A DNA stretch of 64,000 nt from Myxococcales bacterium (GTDB lineage Bacteria > Myxococcota_A > Polyangia > Polyangiales > Houyiibacteriaceae), in the NCBI GenBank assembly GCA_029861865.1, contig JAOTYL010000001.1, positions 132,066 to 196,065 on the forward strand, in the 5' to 3' direction. The translations under genes and the position numbers were made by a program. This document shows positions 9,287 to 17,633 of this stretch, one piece after another; within the stretch, counting starts at the first letter, position 1; each line of letters begins with the position of its first letter. The notes under the pieces were generated by a model. It was not told the DNA's origin, did no database searches, and saw nothing but the letters and a program-made list of their open reading frames with translations.

Positions 9287-9814
9287 ATCCTCTTTTGCCC
9301 TTTTTGCAGGGAGGCGTTCGAAGGGGTGGACGAATGCCCCGAGCACGAGCTGCGCTTGGTTCCGGTCGATAGGCTGCCTCGTTTGGTAGGCGCCGGTCTG
9401 GGCCGTGTTTCCTTTTTCGTCGACCCGCGCCATGGACGCGGTGGCGTGCTGATCGGCGCGTCGCTGGTGATCGTGGGTTTCATGCTTCCACTCGTTGAGT
9501 CGCGGGGGTTCGTCGCTTCTGCGTTGGAAGTGGCGATCGATGGCGCCGCCAATCTTTGGCTGACGCCCGGTGCGGCGATCGCGCAGCTCTGGATTCTGTG
9601 GTCGCGACGTGCAGCAGCCCCGATGCGTGCCGCCCGCGCCGCTGTCTTCGGGTTAGCTATAGGGGCAGGGCTCCCGCTTCTCTACACGACCCGCCGTATC
9701 GCGACCATGGCCGACGTCTACGCCGCCAATGCCAACTGGCTGGCCGGGCTTTGGATCATGGTTGCCGGTCTCTCGTTAGCTGCCCTTTCGAGCAGTCGCC
9801 TCGGTGCGCAGTGA
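9287..9814 (+). CDS. zinc-ribbon / 4-TM membrane protein (start uncertain)
   Basis: The canonical ORF starts at GTG 9326. The same frame is open from 9191 and encodes ILFCPFCREAFEGVDECPEH, a CxxC-x10-CxxH motif, upstream of it. The hydrophobic C-terminal part has about 4 helices. Confidence 0.45.
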   Translation: MLFCPFCREAFEGVDECPEHELRLVPVDRLPRLVGAGLGRVSFFVDPRHGRGGVLIGASLVIVGFMLPLVESRGFVASALEVAIDGAANLWLTPGAAIAQLWILWSRRAAAPMRAARAAVFGLAIGAGLPLLYTTRRIATMADVYAANANWLAGLWIMVAGLSLAALSSSRLGAQ

Positions 9815-9827
9815 TGCCGCCTCCGCC

Positions 9828-10805
9828 CTACGCGGCACCAGGAAGGGTCGGCCGGAAAATATAGCCTTGCTGCTGCACGACGCAGACCCGGTTTGGTCCC
9901 GCGACCCTTGCCCGTGTGACGGCGATGCTCGCCGCGTCCAACAATTCGCTGTGTGAGCGCACGTTCGCGCTCGGATACAAGCCGATTCCGATCGAAATCT
10001 CTAGGTTGATGATCTCGCCAGCCGCATCGAAGGGCTCGAACGCTACTTCCGCGACTATGCGGTCGGCAAGGGTCAGAGCACGCGCCGGACTCGTGTTGGA
10101 CATCAAGAGACCAAAATCTGACGTTCGGAACTGTGCCACGATGTCTGTCTCGCGAATCGTGCGCTGCAGCCGTTCCGATACCCCGTCTAGAAGCTCGTTC
10201 GCAGCGTCAGGGCCACGCTCTTCGGCGAGCCTGCGGAAGTCGTCGACGGCGATGATGCAACAAGCCATAGGCTCCAGGTTACGCTGCGCATCCTCGAAGC
10301 CTCGTTCCAGGCTGTCGTGAAAGTAGCGATGGTCGGGCAGAGCCTGGAACTCGCGCAGAGACGGATAACGGAGCTTGCTTCGAGCGACCTGCACGTCGTC
10401 GTGAGCGCGCTTGACGCGCAGCATGTTCTGAACCCGCGCCACGAGCTCGGCATCGTCGATCGGCTTCGCGATGTGATCATCCGCCCCGGTCCGAAGAACT
10501 TGCGCCGACCCACTGAGCTCGTCATGGGTGGTCAACAAGATCACGGGCACGAACCGATCGTCGGTGATGGTCTTCACCACTCGACACGCGGTGACCCCGC
10601 CGAGTCCGGGCATTCCGACGTCGAGAATTACCAGGTCCACGGGTCGCGCACGAACTGCGTCGACCGCCTTTTGACCGCCGTAGGCCGGCACGACCTCGAG
10701 CCCGTGCGCGCGAAGCGACTTTGCGATGTGGTCACAGGTTGCCCGATCGTCGTCGGCAACTACCACTACCGCCTTTGGAAATGGTCGAGCATCAACCACT
10801 TTCAT
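9828..10805 (-). CDS. response regulator with degenerate GGDEF domain
   Basis: Receiver motifs VVVADDD and DLVILDVGMPGLGG. The GGDEF-fold C-domain carries RTSDF in place of GGDEF and RETD (RxxD) five residues upstream. ATG 10805 is preferred over 10838. Confidence 0.8.
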   Translation of the reverse strand: MKVVDARPFPKAVVVVADDDRATCDHIAKSLRAHGLEVVPAYGGQKAVDAVRARPVDLVILDVGMPGLGGVTACRVVKTITDDRFVPVILLTTHDELSGSAQVLRTGADDHIAKPIDDAELVARVQNMLRVKRAHDDVQVARSKLRYPSLREFQALPDHRYFHDSLERGFEDAQRNLEPMACCIIAVDDFRRLAEERGPDAANELLDGVSERLQRTIRETDIVAQFRTSDFGLLMSNTSPARALTLADRIVAEVAFEPFDAAGEIINLEISIGIGLYPSANVRSHSELLDAASIAVTRARVAGPNRVCVVQQQGYIFRPTLPGAA

Positions 10806-10911
10806 AGGGTAGCGGACCCACGGACCGCCCGCGAGCATCTCCGTCGAGTTTCCCCCCGACCCTTAGACGTCTATACTGGCAAGCAACGATCCGCAAGGAC
10901 GTAGGACCCGC

Positions 10912-12330
10912 ATGGAGCTCAAACAGCAACTCAAACTCTCGCAGCAACTGATCATGACGCCGCAATTGCAGCAGGCGATCAAGCTGCTGCAGATGTCGAG
11001 GATGGAGCTCAGCGAGCTCGTGCAAGAGGAGTTGCTCGAAAATCCGATGCTCGAGGAGGGCGCCGAAGCGCGCGATTCTCGAAGCGCGCCTGCCGAAGAG
11101 GTGGAATCGGCACCCCTCGATCCGGGTGAGTCGAAAAAGGACGAAATCGACTGGGAGCGTTACATCGAGAACTACACCCAGCAGGCGCCCATGCCCTCGG
11201 TTCGTCGCAACGACGACGACCTGCCTGGTCTCGAGTCGACCCTGTCTACCGTCGAAGATCTGACCGACTATCTCGGCTGGCAACTTCGAATGGGCGAGTT
11301 CATGGAGGACGAGCGGCGTTTTGCCGCGCTCGTCATTGGGAACCTGGACGACAACGGCTACCTCAGGATCGAGGGAATGGATCCAAGCGAGGTCGTTCCC
11401 CGCCTGTCGGCAGAAGCCGGGTTGGACTCGGAGGACGCCGAAGAGGTCCTCGAGATGATCCAGCAATTCGATCCCGTCGGTGTGGCGGCGAGGTCGCTCG
11501 AGGAGTGCCTCACGATCCAAGCGAAGCACTTCGGAATGGACGACTTGGTGCTCAAGGTTATCGGCGATCATTTGACCGATCTCGAAAAGCGACACTATCC
11601 GGCGGTAGCCAAAGCACTCGGTTGCCCACTAGAGGAGGTGTATGACGTCGCGCAGATCATCGCGGAGCTGGAACCTCGTCCAGCGCGCCGCTTTCAGACC
11701 GAGGAGCCACGCTACATCGTTCCGGACGTCTACGTTCACCGCGTAGGTGACGAATATTACGTGGTTGCCAACGACGACGGCATGCCCAAGCTCAAGATCA
11801 GCAGCTTTTATCGATCCGCCATGGCCGACAACCCCAAGGCAAAAGAATACATTCAGGACAAGCTCCGGAGCGCTCAATGGCTAATTCGAAGCATCGATCA
11901 GCGACGCAAGACCATCGTTCGGGTGACCGAATGTATCGTCGAGAAGCAACGCGACTTCTTCGACAAGGGCATCGAGTACCTGAAGCCCATGATTTTGCGC
12001 GATGTTGCCGAGACGGTTGGGATGCACGAGAGCACGATCTCTCGAGTGACCAGTAACAAGTACGTTCACACGCCGCGGGGCACGTTCGAGCTGAAGTACT
12101 TTTTCAACAGCGCCATAAGGCGGGATAATCATACCGATATCGCGTCGGAGAGTGTGAAACAGGCGATCAAGAACATAATCGGCGGCGAGGACGAGAAAGC
12201 CCCATTGTCAGACCAGCGAATCGTTGAAATACTCGCTCGAGACGACATCAAGATCGCCCGTCGGACGGTCGCGAAGTACCGCGAGATGCTCGGAATCTTG
12301 AGCTCGTCCAAACGGAAAAAATACTTCTAG
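10912..12330 (+). CDS. rpoN: RNA polymerase sigma-54 factor
   Basis: N-terminal MELKQQLKLSQQLIMTPQLQQAIKLLQMS and the C-terminal RpoN box ARRTVAKYRE. Confidence 0.95.
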   Translation: MELKQQLKLSQQLIMTPQLQQAIKLLQMSRMELSELVQEELLENPMLEEGAEARDSRSAPAEEVESAPLDPGESKKDEIDWERYIENYTQQAPMPSVRRNDDDLPGLESTLSTVEDLTDYLGWQLRMGEFMEDERRFAALVIGNLDDNGYLRIEGMDPSEVVPRLSAEAGLDSEDAEEVLEMIQQFDPVGVAARSLEECLTIQAKHFGMDDLVLKVIGDHLTDLEKRHYPAVAKALGCPLEEVYDVAQIIAELEPRPARRFQTEEPRYIVPDVYVHRVGDEYYVVANDDGMPKLKISSFYRSAMADNPKAKEYIQDKLRSAQWLIRSIDQRRKTIVRVTECIVEKQRDFFDKGIEYLKPMILRDVAETVGMHESTISRVTSNKYVHTPRGTFELKYFFNSAIRRDNHTDIASESVKQAIKNIIGGEDEKAPLSDQRIVEILARDDIKIARRTVAKYREMLGILSSSKRKKYF

Positions 12331-12344
12331 ATGATGGAGGTTCG

Positions 12345-12671
12345 ATGCGTATCAGCTACTCATTTCGTAACATGGAGTCCTCGGACGGAGTCAAGAACTA
12401 CGCATCGGAGAAAATCGCCAAGATCCAAAAGTACATAAGAGCCCCCCTTCACGCAGAGATTACGTTCTCGACGGAGCGACATCTTCACCGCGTCGACCTG
12501 ACGCTGACTGGAGACGGCCATCAGTACGCGGGCCACGGCCACTCGGAAGACATGTACGCCACGATCGATCTCGTCATCGACAAGGTCGACCGACAGGTCC
12601 GCGACACGAAGGCAACGGAGACGCATCGGCGAAGGCATAGCGGAGAGTCCCTGCGCCACACGAAGGACTGA
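12345..12671 (+). CDS. hpf: ribosome hibernation promoting factor (short HPF/RaiA)
   Basis: 108-aa S30AE-type protein immediately after rpoN, with GGAGG 5 nt upstream of the ATG. Confidence 0.9.
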   Translation: MRISYSFRNMESSDGVKNYASEKIAKIQKYIRAPLHAEITFSTERHLHRVDLTLTGDGHQYAGHGHSEDMYATIDLVIDKVDRQVRDTKATETHRRRHSGESLRHTKD

Positions 12672-12715
12672 CCCGCGTTGCGTCCGGCTAGTTGGTGCGG
12701 TATCGCCTGCCCTTG

Positions 12716-13162
12716 ATGTTGGCCGAACTGCTTCATCCTAAGCGTGTGAACGTCGCCCTCGAGGCCTCTGACAAAGAGGCTGCGGTGCGAGCCCTGGCCA
12801 CTCTGCTCGTCAGGCCTGAAAATGAGGCGAACGAAGAGAGCGTGCATGACGTGCTGATGGAGCGTGAGCGGCTTGCGAGCACCGGGGTCGGGAGTGGTGT
12901 GGCGATTCCCCACGGCCGCTTCGACGGAGTGGACGAGCTTCGAGCGGCAGTGGCCGTTTGTGCGGACGGAGTCGACTTCGACGCTGTGGATGGTCTGCCG
13001 GTGAAGATCCTGGTCGCCATCATCGGGCCGCGATCGATGCCGCAAAAGCATCTAGCCGCCTTGGCTGGGGTGTCCCGCGTGCTCCGAAATGTTGCGGTTC
13101 GCGATGCGTTGATCGCTGCTGGCGATGACGCCGAGGCATACCGCCTGCTTGTCGAGTCCTGA
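12716..13162 (+). CDS. ptsN: PTS EIIA-Ntr
   Basis: EIIA(Fru/Ntr) fold with GVAIPHGR, the phospho-His region. Conserved position after hpf. ATG 12716 is preferred over TTG 12692. Confidence 0.85.
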   Translation: MLAELLHPKRVNVALEASDKEAAVRALATLLVRPENEANEESVHDVLMERERLASTGVGSGVAIPHGRFDGVDELRAAVAVCADGVDFDAVDGLPVKILVAIIGPRSMPQKHLAALAGVSRVLRNVAVRDALIAAGDDAEAYRLLVES

Positions 13163-13238
13163 CACCAGCGGGCCACTCGCGTATGATGGACGGGTGACCC
13201 AACCTTTCCCTCCGCGACGCGCCGGCGACCTTGCCAGC

Positions 13239-14198
13239 ATGCGCGTCGAGCGTGGTATCACGGTCGCGCACATGCTTGGCGAGCCGCGGCTCGGCGCGAT
13301 GATGAAGATCGTCGCCGGCGCCGAAGGGGTGAATCGGGTTCTCGATCACCCTCGTGTCCAGAAGCCCGGTCTCGCACTTGCCGGTCATCTCCATGGAGTA
13401 GTTCCCACGCGGGTTCAGATCTTGGGAGAGACCGAGATCACGTATCTCGAGGGATTGGCACCAGACGAGCAACTCAGCCGTGCGAGCGGCCTCTTCAAGC
13501 TCGGCCTCTCGCTGGTCGTCGTGACCCGCGGAGTAAATCCGCCCGCCGCACTGCTACAGGCTGCCCAAGAGACGGCCACACCACTCGTCGTCTCAGAATC
13601 GCGTTCGAGCCGTACGATTCAGTCGATCCACTTGGTGTTGGACGCTTTGCTCGCGCCCTCCGAAACTCGGCATGGCGTGTTGATGGATGTTCACGGCATC
13701 GGCACCCTGCTGTTGGGGCCCAGCGGGATCGGGAAGAGCGAATGCGCGCTCTTTCTAGTCGAGCGAGGTCATCGATTGGTGGCGGACGATCAGGTGATCC
13801 TGTCTTTGCTGCCTTCCGAGCAGATCGTCGGACGGGCGCCTCCTTTGCTGCGCAATCACCTCGAACTGCGCGGAATTGGCATCATCAACGTTCGCGACCT
13901 GTTCGGGGCCAACGCCGTGCGCCTCGAAAAGACCATCCAACTCGTCGTCGAGCTCTGCCCTTGGGACTCTGAAGAGCCGTTCGAACGCTTGGGATTAGAC
14001 GATTCCACGCTCGAGATCCTGGGGATGTCGATTCCCATGCTGCGGATCCCCGTGCGTCCGGGGCGCAACATGGCGGTCATCCTCGAAGTCGCGGCGCGCA
14101 ATCACATCCTCAAGGCTGCGGGGCAACACGGTGCGCAGAAGTTCATAGAAAACCTGATGGGAGAGATCGGGGACACGGAGACCGGACACGAGCCATGA
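13239..14198 (+). CDS. hprK: HPr kinase/phosphorylase
   Basis: Walker A GPSGIGKSECAL and LELRGIGIINV. ATG 13239 is chosen because the longer ORF overlaps ptsN. Confidence 0.9.
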   Translation: MRVERGITVAHMLGEPRLGAMMKIVAGAEGVNRVLDHPRVQKPGLALAGHLHGVVPTRVQILGETEITYLEGLAPDEQLSRASGLFKLGLSLVVVTRGVNPPAALLQAAQETATPLVVSESRSSRTIQSIHLVLDALLAPSETRHGVLMDVHGIGTLLLGPSGIGKSECALFLVERGHRLVADDQVILSLLPSEQIVGRAPPLLRNHLELRGIGIINVRDLFGANAVRLEKTIQLVVELCPWDSEEPFERLGLDDSTLEILGMSIPMLRIPVRPGRNMAVILEVAARNHILKAAGQHGAQKFIENLMGEIGDTETGHEP

Positions 14199-15064
14199 CC
14201 GGGCAACTCCACATCGTCGTCGTCACTGGGCTCTCGGGGGCGGGTCGAAGCACGGCGCTCAGGGTGTTGGAAGATGCCGGGCTCTTCTGTGTAGACAATC
14301 TTCCGCCGGCGCTTGCGCCGGAGCTTCTCGCGCTCATCGGTCGTGACGAAAAGCTCGACCGGGTCGGCCTCGGTATCGACGTTCGAACAGGGGCGTTCTT
14401 GAGTGGTGTGGAAGAGACGCTCCGTGCGCTCGAAGCCTCCGGTCACCGTGTAGAGGTTGTCTTCCTTGATTGCTCCGACGAAGTCTTGGTGCGCCGTTTC
14501 AGTGAGACACGGCGCCCGCATGCGTTGGCTCGCCAGGGCGATCTGCAGGCCGCGATCGGAAGCGAACGAGAACGACTTGCAAGCCTTCGCGATCGTGCCG
14601 ACGTGGTAATCGACACGACCGAGCTGAGCGTTCACGATCTCAGGCGCCGCCTGATCGAGTACATCGGTCGCGATCTCAGCCGCTCGTCGATGGTGGTCCG
14701 ATTGGTTTCGTTTGGATTCAAGTACGGCATCCCCACGCACGCGGACTTGGTTTTCGACCTTCGCTTTCTGCCAAATCCCCACTTCGTCGACGCCCTCCGA
14801 CCCCAAACCGGAATGGATCCGGATGTGGCCGCGTACGTGCTAGAGGCGCCTGAAACGCGTGAGCTTCTGTCGCATCTGAGACCCATGCTCGAATACGCGC
14901 TTCCCCGGTACGCCCGTGAAGGAAAGGCGTACTTGACGATTGCCCTCGGATGCACTGGTGGTCGGCATCGGTCGGTCGCCTTGGCCGAGGAGCTCGGTCG
15001 TCAGTTGAAGAGCGAGCACGAAGTGGTGGTTTCGCATCGCGACGTGGAGCGAGCCGGATCGTGA
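14195..15064 (+). CDS. rapZ: RNase adapter protein RapZ
   Basis: Walker A GLSGAGRSTAL and C-terminal GCTGGRHRSV. ATGA overlap with hprK. Confidence 0.9.
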   Translation: MTGQLHIVVVTGLSGAGRSTALRVLEDAGLFCVDNLPPALAPELLALIGRDEKLDRVGLGIDVRTGAFLSGVEETLRALEASGHRVEVVFLDCSDEVLVRRFSETRRPHALARQGDLQAAIGSERERLASLRDRADVVIDTTELSVHDLRRRLIEYIGRDLSRSSMVVRLVSFGFKYGIPTHADLVFDLRFLPNPHFVDALRPQTGMDPDVAAYVLEAPETRELLSHLRPMLEYALPRYAREGKAYLTIALGCTGGRHRSVALAEELGRQLKSEHEVVVSHRDVERAGS

Positions 15065-15339
15065 GCGATGCCTTTGTCGCGACGGTCGAGGTTCCAAATC
15101 GGCTTGGGCTCCATGCAAGGGCTGCGGCGAAGCTGGTCCACGTCGCCAACCGCTACGAGGCCGAGATTCAAGTGAGTAAGGACGAGCAGGTCGCCGATGC
15201 GAAGAGCATCATGGGAGTGCTCCTGTTGTGCGGCCAGCGCGGCGCCAGGCTGACGATTCGAGCGATTGGGGCCGACGCTGAGGCTGCGCTCGAAGCGCTT
15301 TGTGACCTCGTGACCAGTGGGTTCGGGGAGACACAGTGA
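15061..15339 (+). CDS. ptsH: phosphocarrier protein HPr/NPr
   Basis: NRLGLHARAAAKL (His-15 region) and ADAKSIMGVLLL (Ser-46 region). GTGA overlap with rapZ. Confidence 0.85.
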   Translation: MSDAFVATVEVPNRLGLHARAAAKLVHVANRYEAEIQVSKDEQVADAKSIMGVLLLCGQRGARLTIRAIGADAEAALEALCDLVTSGFGETQ

Positions 15340-17036
15340 CGCGTCCAGTGCGAATCAAGGGGATCGCCGCGTCGGTCGGCATCGGCGTGGGTCCAGCGCG
15401 CCTTTCGTCTCGGGAACAGCGGGCGCTCACGTACCGTCGCATTTCAGATGGGGAAATCGGGGACGAGGTGCGCAGTTTCCAACACGCTGTCGCCGCGTCG
15501 CGCGACGAAATCGAGCTCGCCAAACAGGAGCTCATCCAACAACACGGGTCGGCATATGCTCCGATCTTAGACGTTTATCTCTTGATGCACACCGATGCTC
15601 TCCTGATCGATGCGATCGTGGACGAGATTCGCGGTGACAAGATCAATGCGTCATGGGCTCTCGGTCGCGTCGTCGAAAGGCTCAAGGCACCCCTTCTCGA
15701 CGACGCATCGTCGTACTTCCGGGAACGGGCGAGGGATATCGATCACGTCAAGGAGCACTTGCTCCGCCACCTCTCAGGGACGGGTCGCGGTGAAAGCCCC
15801 GCGAGCCATCCTACGATTCTCGTTGCGCACGACCTCACACCGGCGGACGCAGTTCACTTGTTGGCTCCGCCTACGGTGGGTCTCGTTACCGAGATGGGAG
15901 GTGCCAATAGTCATACGGCGATACTGGCACGGACCTTCGGTGTGCCCGCGGTAGTCGGGACCGGACCCCTTCCGGTGGTGGTCGAGCAGGATGAAATGGT
16001 CATCGTCGACGGGTTCTCTGGCGATGTGACCATCGGCGCACCCCCGAAGGAGCAACGCGTCGCGGCAGAACGCAGAGACCGCTTCTTTTCGTTTCTCGAG
16101 TCCGAGCGAACCACCAATGCCGTAACCCGAGACGGCATTTCGATCTCGGTTGCGGCAAACATCGAGCTGCCAAGCGAAGTCGAAGCCGCGATCGAGAACG
16201 GCGCAGAGGGCATTGGCCTCTACCGTACTGAGTTCATGTGCCTCGATCGCTCGGAACCCCCATCGGAGGAAGAGCAAGTCGAGCTCTACAGGACCGTCGT
16301 GACAGCGGTCGCACCGAAGACAGTGATCTTTCGAACGTTTGACTGGCGGGGTGACAAACGTCTTCAGTCGGATCGCCTCGCTGAACGCCAGCATGATTGG
16401 TTGAAGACTCAGATTAGAGCCGTCCTTCGCGCCAGCACCGGGGGATCGGTGGCATTGATGTTTCCGATGGTTGCGACCCTCGACGAGCTCGCGAACGCAC
16501 GCTCGCTGGTGGAAGATTGCAGGGGTGAGCTCGAGGACGACAGCGCGCGTTTGGCGGCGCTTCCCGTTGGAATGATGGTCGAGGTTCCTGCCGCCGCGCT
16601 TCTAGCGGAGCAGTTCGCAGCTTCCGCCGACTTCTTTGCCGTCGGGACGAACGATCTCGTCCAGTACACGCTTGGGGTCGATCGGCGCGATCATCGAACG
16701 GCTGGCAGTCCGTTGGACCCCGCGGTGTTGCGCTTGCTAGACCAAACCATCGTCGCCGCCACCAACACCGACACTCCCTGTTCGATGTGTGGCGACATGG
16801 CCGCCGACCCCATTGGTCTCGGGCTAGCGCTCGGGCTCGGATATCGAAAGGTCTCCGTGCCAGCGAGCGTGGTGCCGTTGGCGCGGGCGGTCATTCGCAA
16901 CGTCGACCTCGCGACCGCGACCGAGGCTGCGCGAGCGGCGCTCGACTGCAAGTCAGCAAAAGAGGTCCGCGACTTGGCGCTCGATCGATTCGGCAACGAG
17001 CTCGGCGCCCTCTGGCGCAAGCACGGAATCGTTTAG
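15336..17036 (+). CDS. ptsI: phosphoenolpyruvate-protein phosphotransferase (Enzyme I)
   Basis: GGANSHTAILARTFGVPAVVG phospho-His motif in a 566-aa protein. GTGA overlap with ptsH. Confidence 0.9.
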   Translation: MTRPVRIKGIAASVGIGVGPARLSSREQRALTYRRISDGEIGDEVRSFQHAVAASRDEIELAKQELIQQHGSAYAPILDVYLLMHTDALLIDAIVDEIRGDKINASWALGRVVERLKAPLLDDASSYFRERARDIDHVKEHLLRHLSGTGRGESPASHPTILVAHDLTPADAVHLLAPPTVGLVTEMGGANSHTAILARTFGVPAVVGTGPLPVVVEQDEMVIVDGFSGDVTIGAPPKEQRVAAERRDRFFSFLESERTTNAVTRDGISISVAANIELPSEVEAAIENGAEGIGLYRTEFMCLDRSEPPSEEEQVELYRTVVTAVAPKTVIFRTFDWRGDKRLQSDRLAERQHDWLKTQIRAVLRASTGGSVALMFPMVATLDELANARSLVEDCRGELEDDSARLAALPVGMMVEVPAAALLAEQFAASADFFAVGTNDLVQYTLGVDRRDHRTAGSPLDPAVLRLLDQTIVAATNTDTPCSMCGDMAADPIGLGLALGLGYRKVSVPASVVPLARAVIRNVDLATATEAARAALDCKSAKEVRDLALDRFGNELGALWRKHGIV

Positions 17037-17067
17037 TGTGCGGCAAACGAAAATCTCTCGCACACTA
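17034..17067 (+). terminator. short copy of the TAGTGTGCG...CGCACACTA palindromic element; likely bidirectional terminator
   Basis: 9-bp perfect stem (17034-17042 / 17059-17067) with a 16-nt loop, followed by GGGTTTT. The element starts at the ptsI TAG stop. 25 nt (17045-17069) are identical to 49880-49904. Confidence 0.5.
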
Positions 17068-17087
17068 GGGTTTTGATTGACCGCTAA

Positions 17088-17633
17088 TCAATCGCGTGCT
17101 CCGAGAGGCTTCAGCATGGCGTCGAGCTGCGCCGCGCTTTGGTAGCCCGTAACGCGCTCGAGCTCGTAACCGTCGCTGTCGTATAAGATGTAAGTTGGAA
17201 CCGTTTTGATCCTCCCCAATGCGCTCCGCCCGCTTTCGACGCTTCCATAGGGATCGGCTCCAACGGCGAACGGCGGATCGAGTGCGTAGGCCCATGCCTC
17301 CACCAGCTGCGTCGCACGCGGCTCGGACGCGACTCCGATGACGAGCACCTCGGGATGCTCTTGCACGAACGGTCCAAGCGCTTTGAGGGATGCTTGGCTC
17401 ACCATGTCGAAGGTCGCGAACACGAAGAGGAGCACCGGATTGCCACGAAGGTCGCCGAGCTCGAGCCAGCGTCCATCCGACAGACGGAGCCCGAGCTCCA
17501 AGCGCCCCCCTTGCGGTCGGTGCGCCGCTGTCGTCTCGGCGCTCGTGAACGACTCACGCGCACAGCCGGTTGCCAGCGCCAGTGCAATGCTGATCGTGCA
17601 GATGGCGTTTCTGGAAAAACTCCTCATGGTCAT
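17088..17633 (-). CDS. TlpA/redoxin-like lipoprotein lacking the CXXC motif
   Basis: Lipobox LATGC. Thioredoxin-fold spacing, but FATFDMVSQ occupies the place of WATWCxxC. Confidence 0.65.
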   Translation of the reverse strand: MTMRSFSRNAICTISIALALATGCARESFTSAETTAAHRPQGGRLELGLRLSDGRWLELGDLRGNPVLLFVFATFDMVSQASLKALGPFVQEHPEVLVIGVASEPRATQLVEAWAYALDPPFAVGADPYGSVESGRSALGRIKTVPTYILYDSDGYELERVTGYQSAAQLDAMLKPLGARD

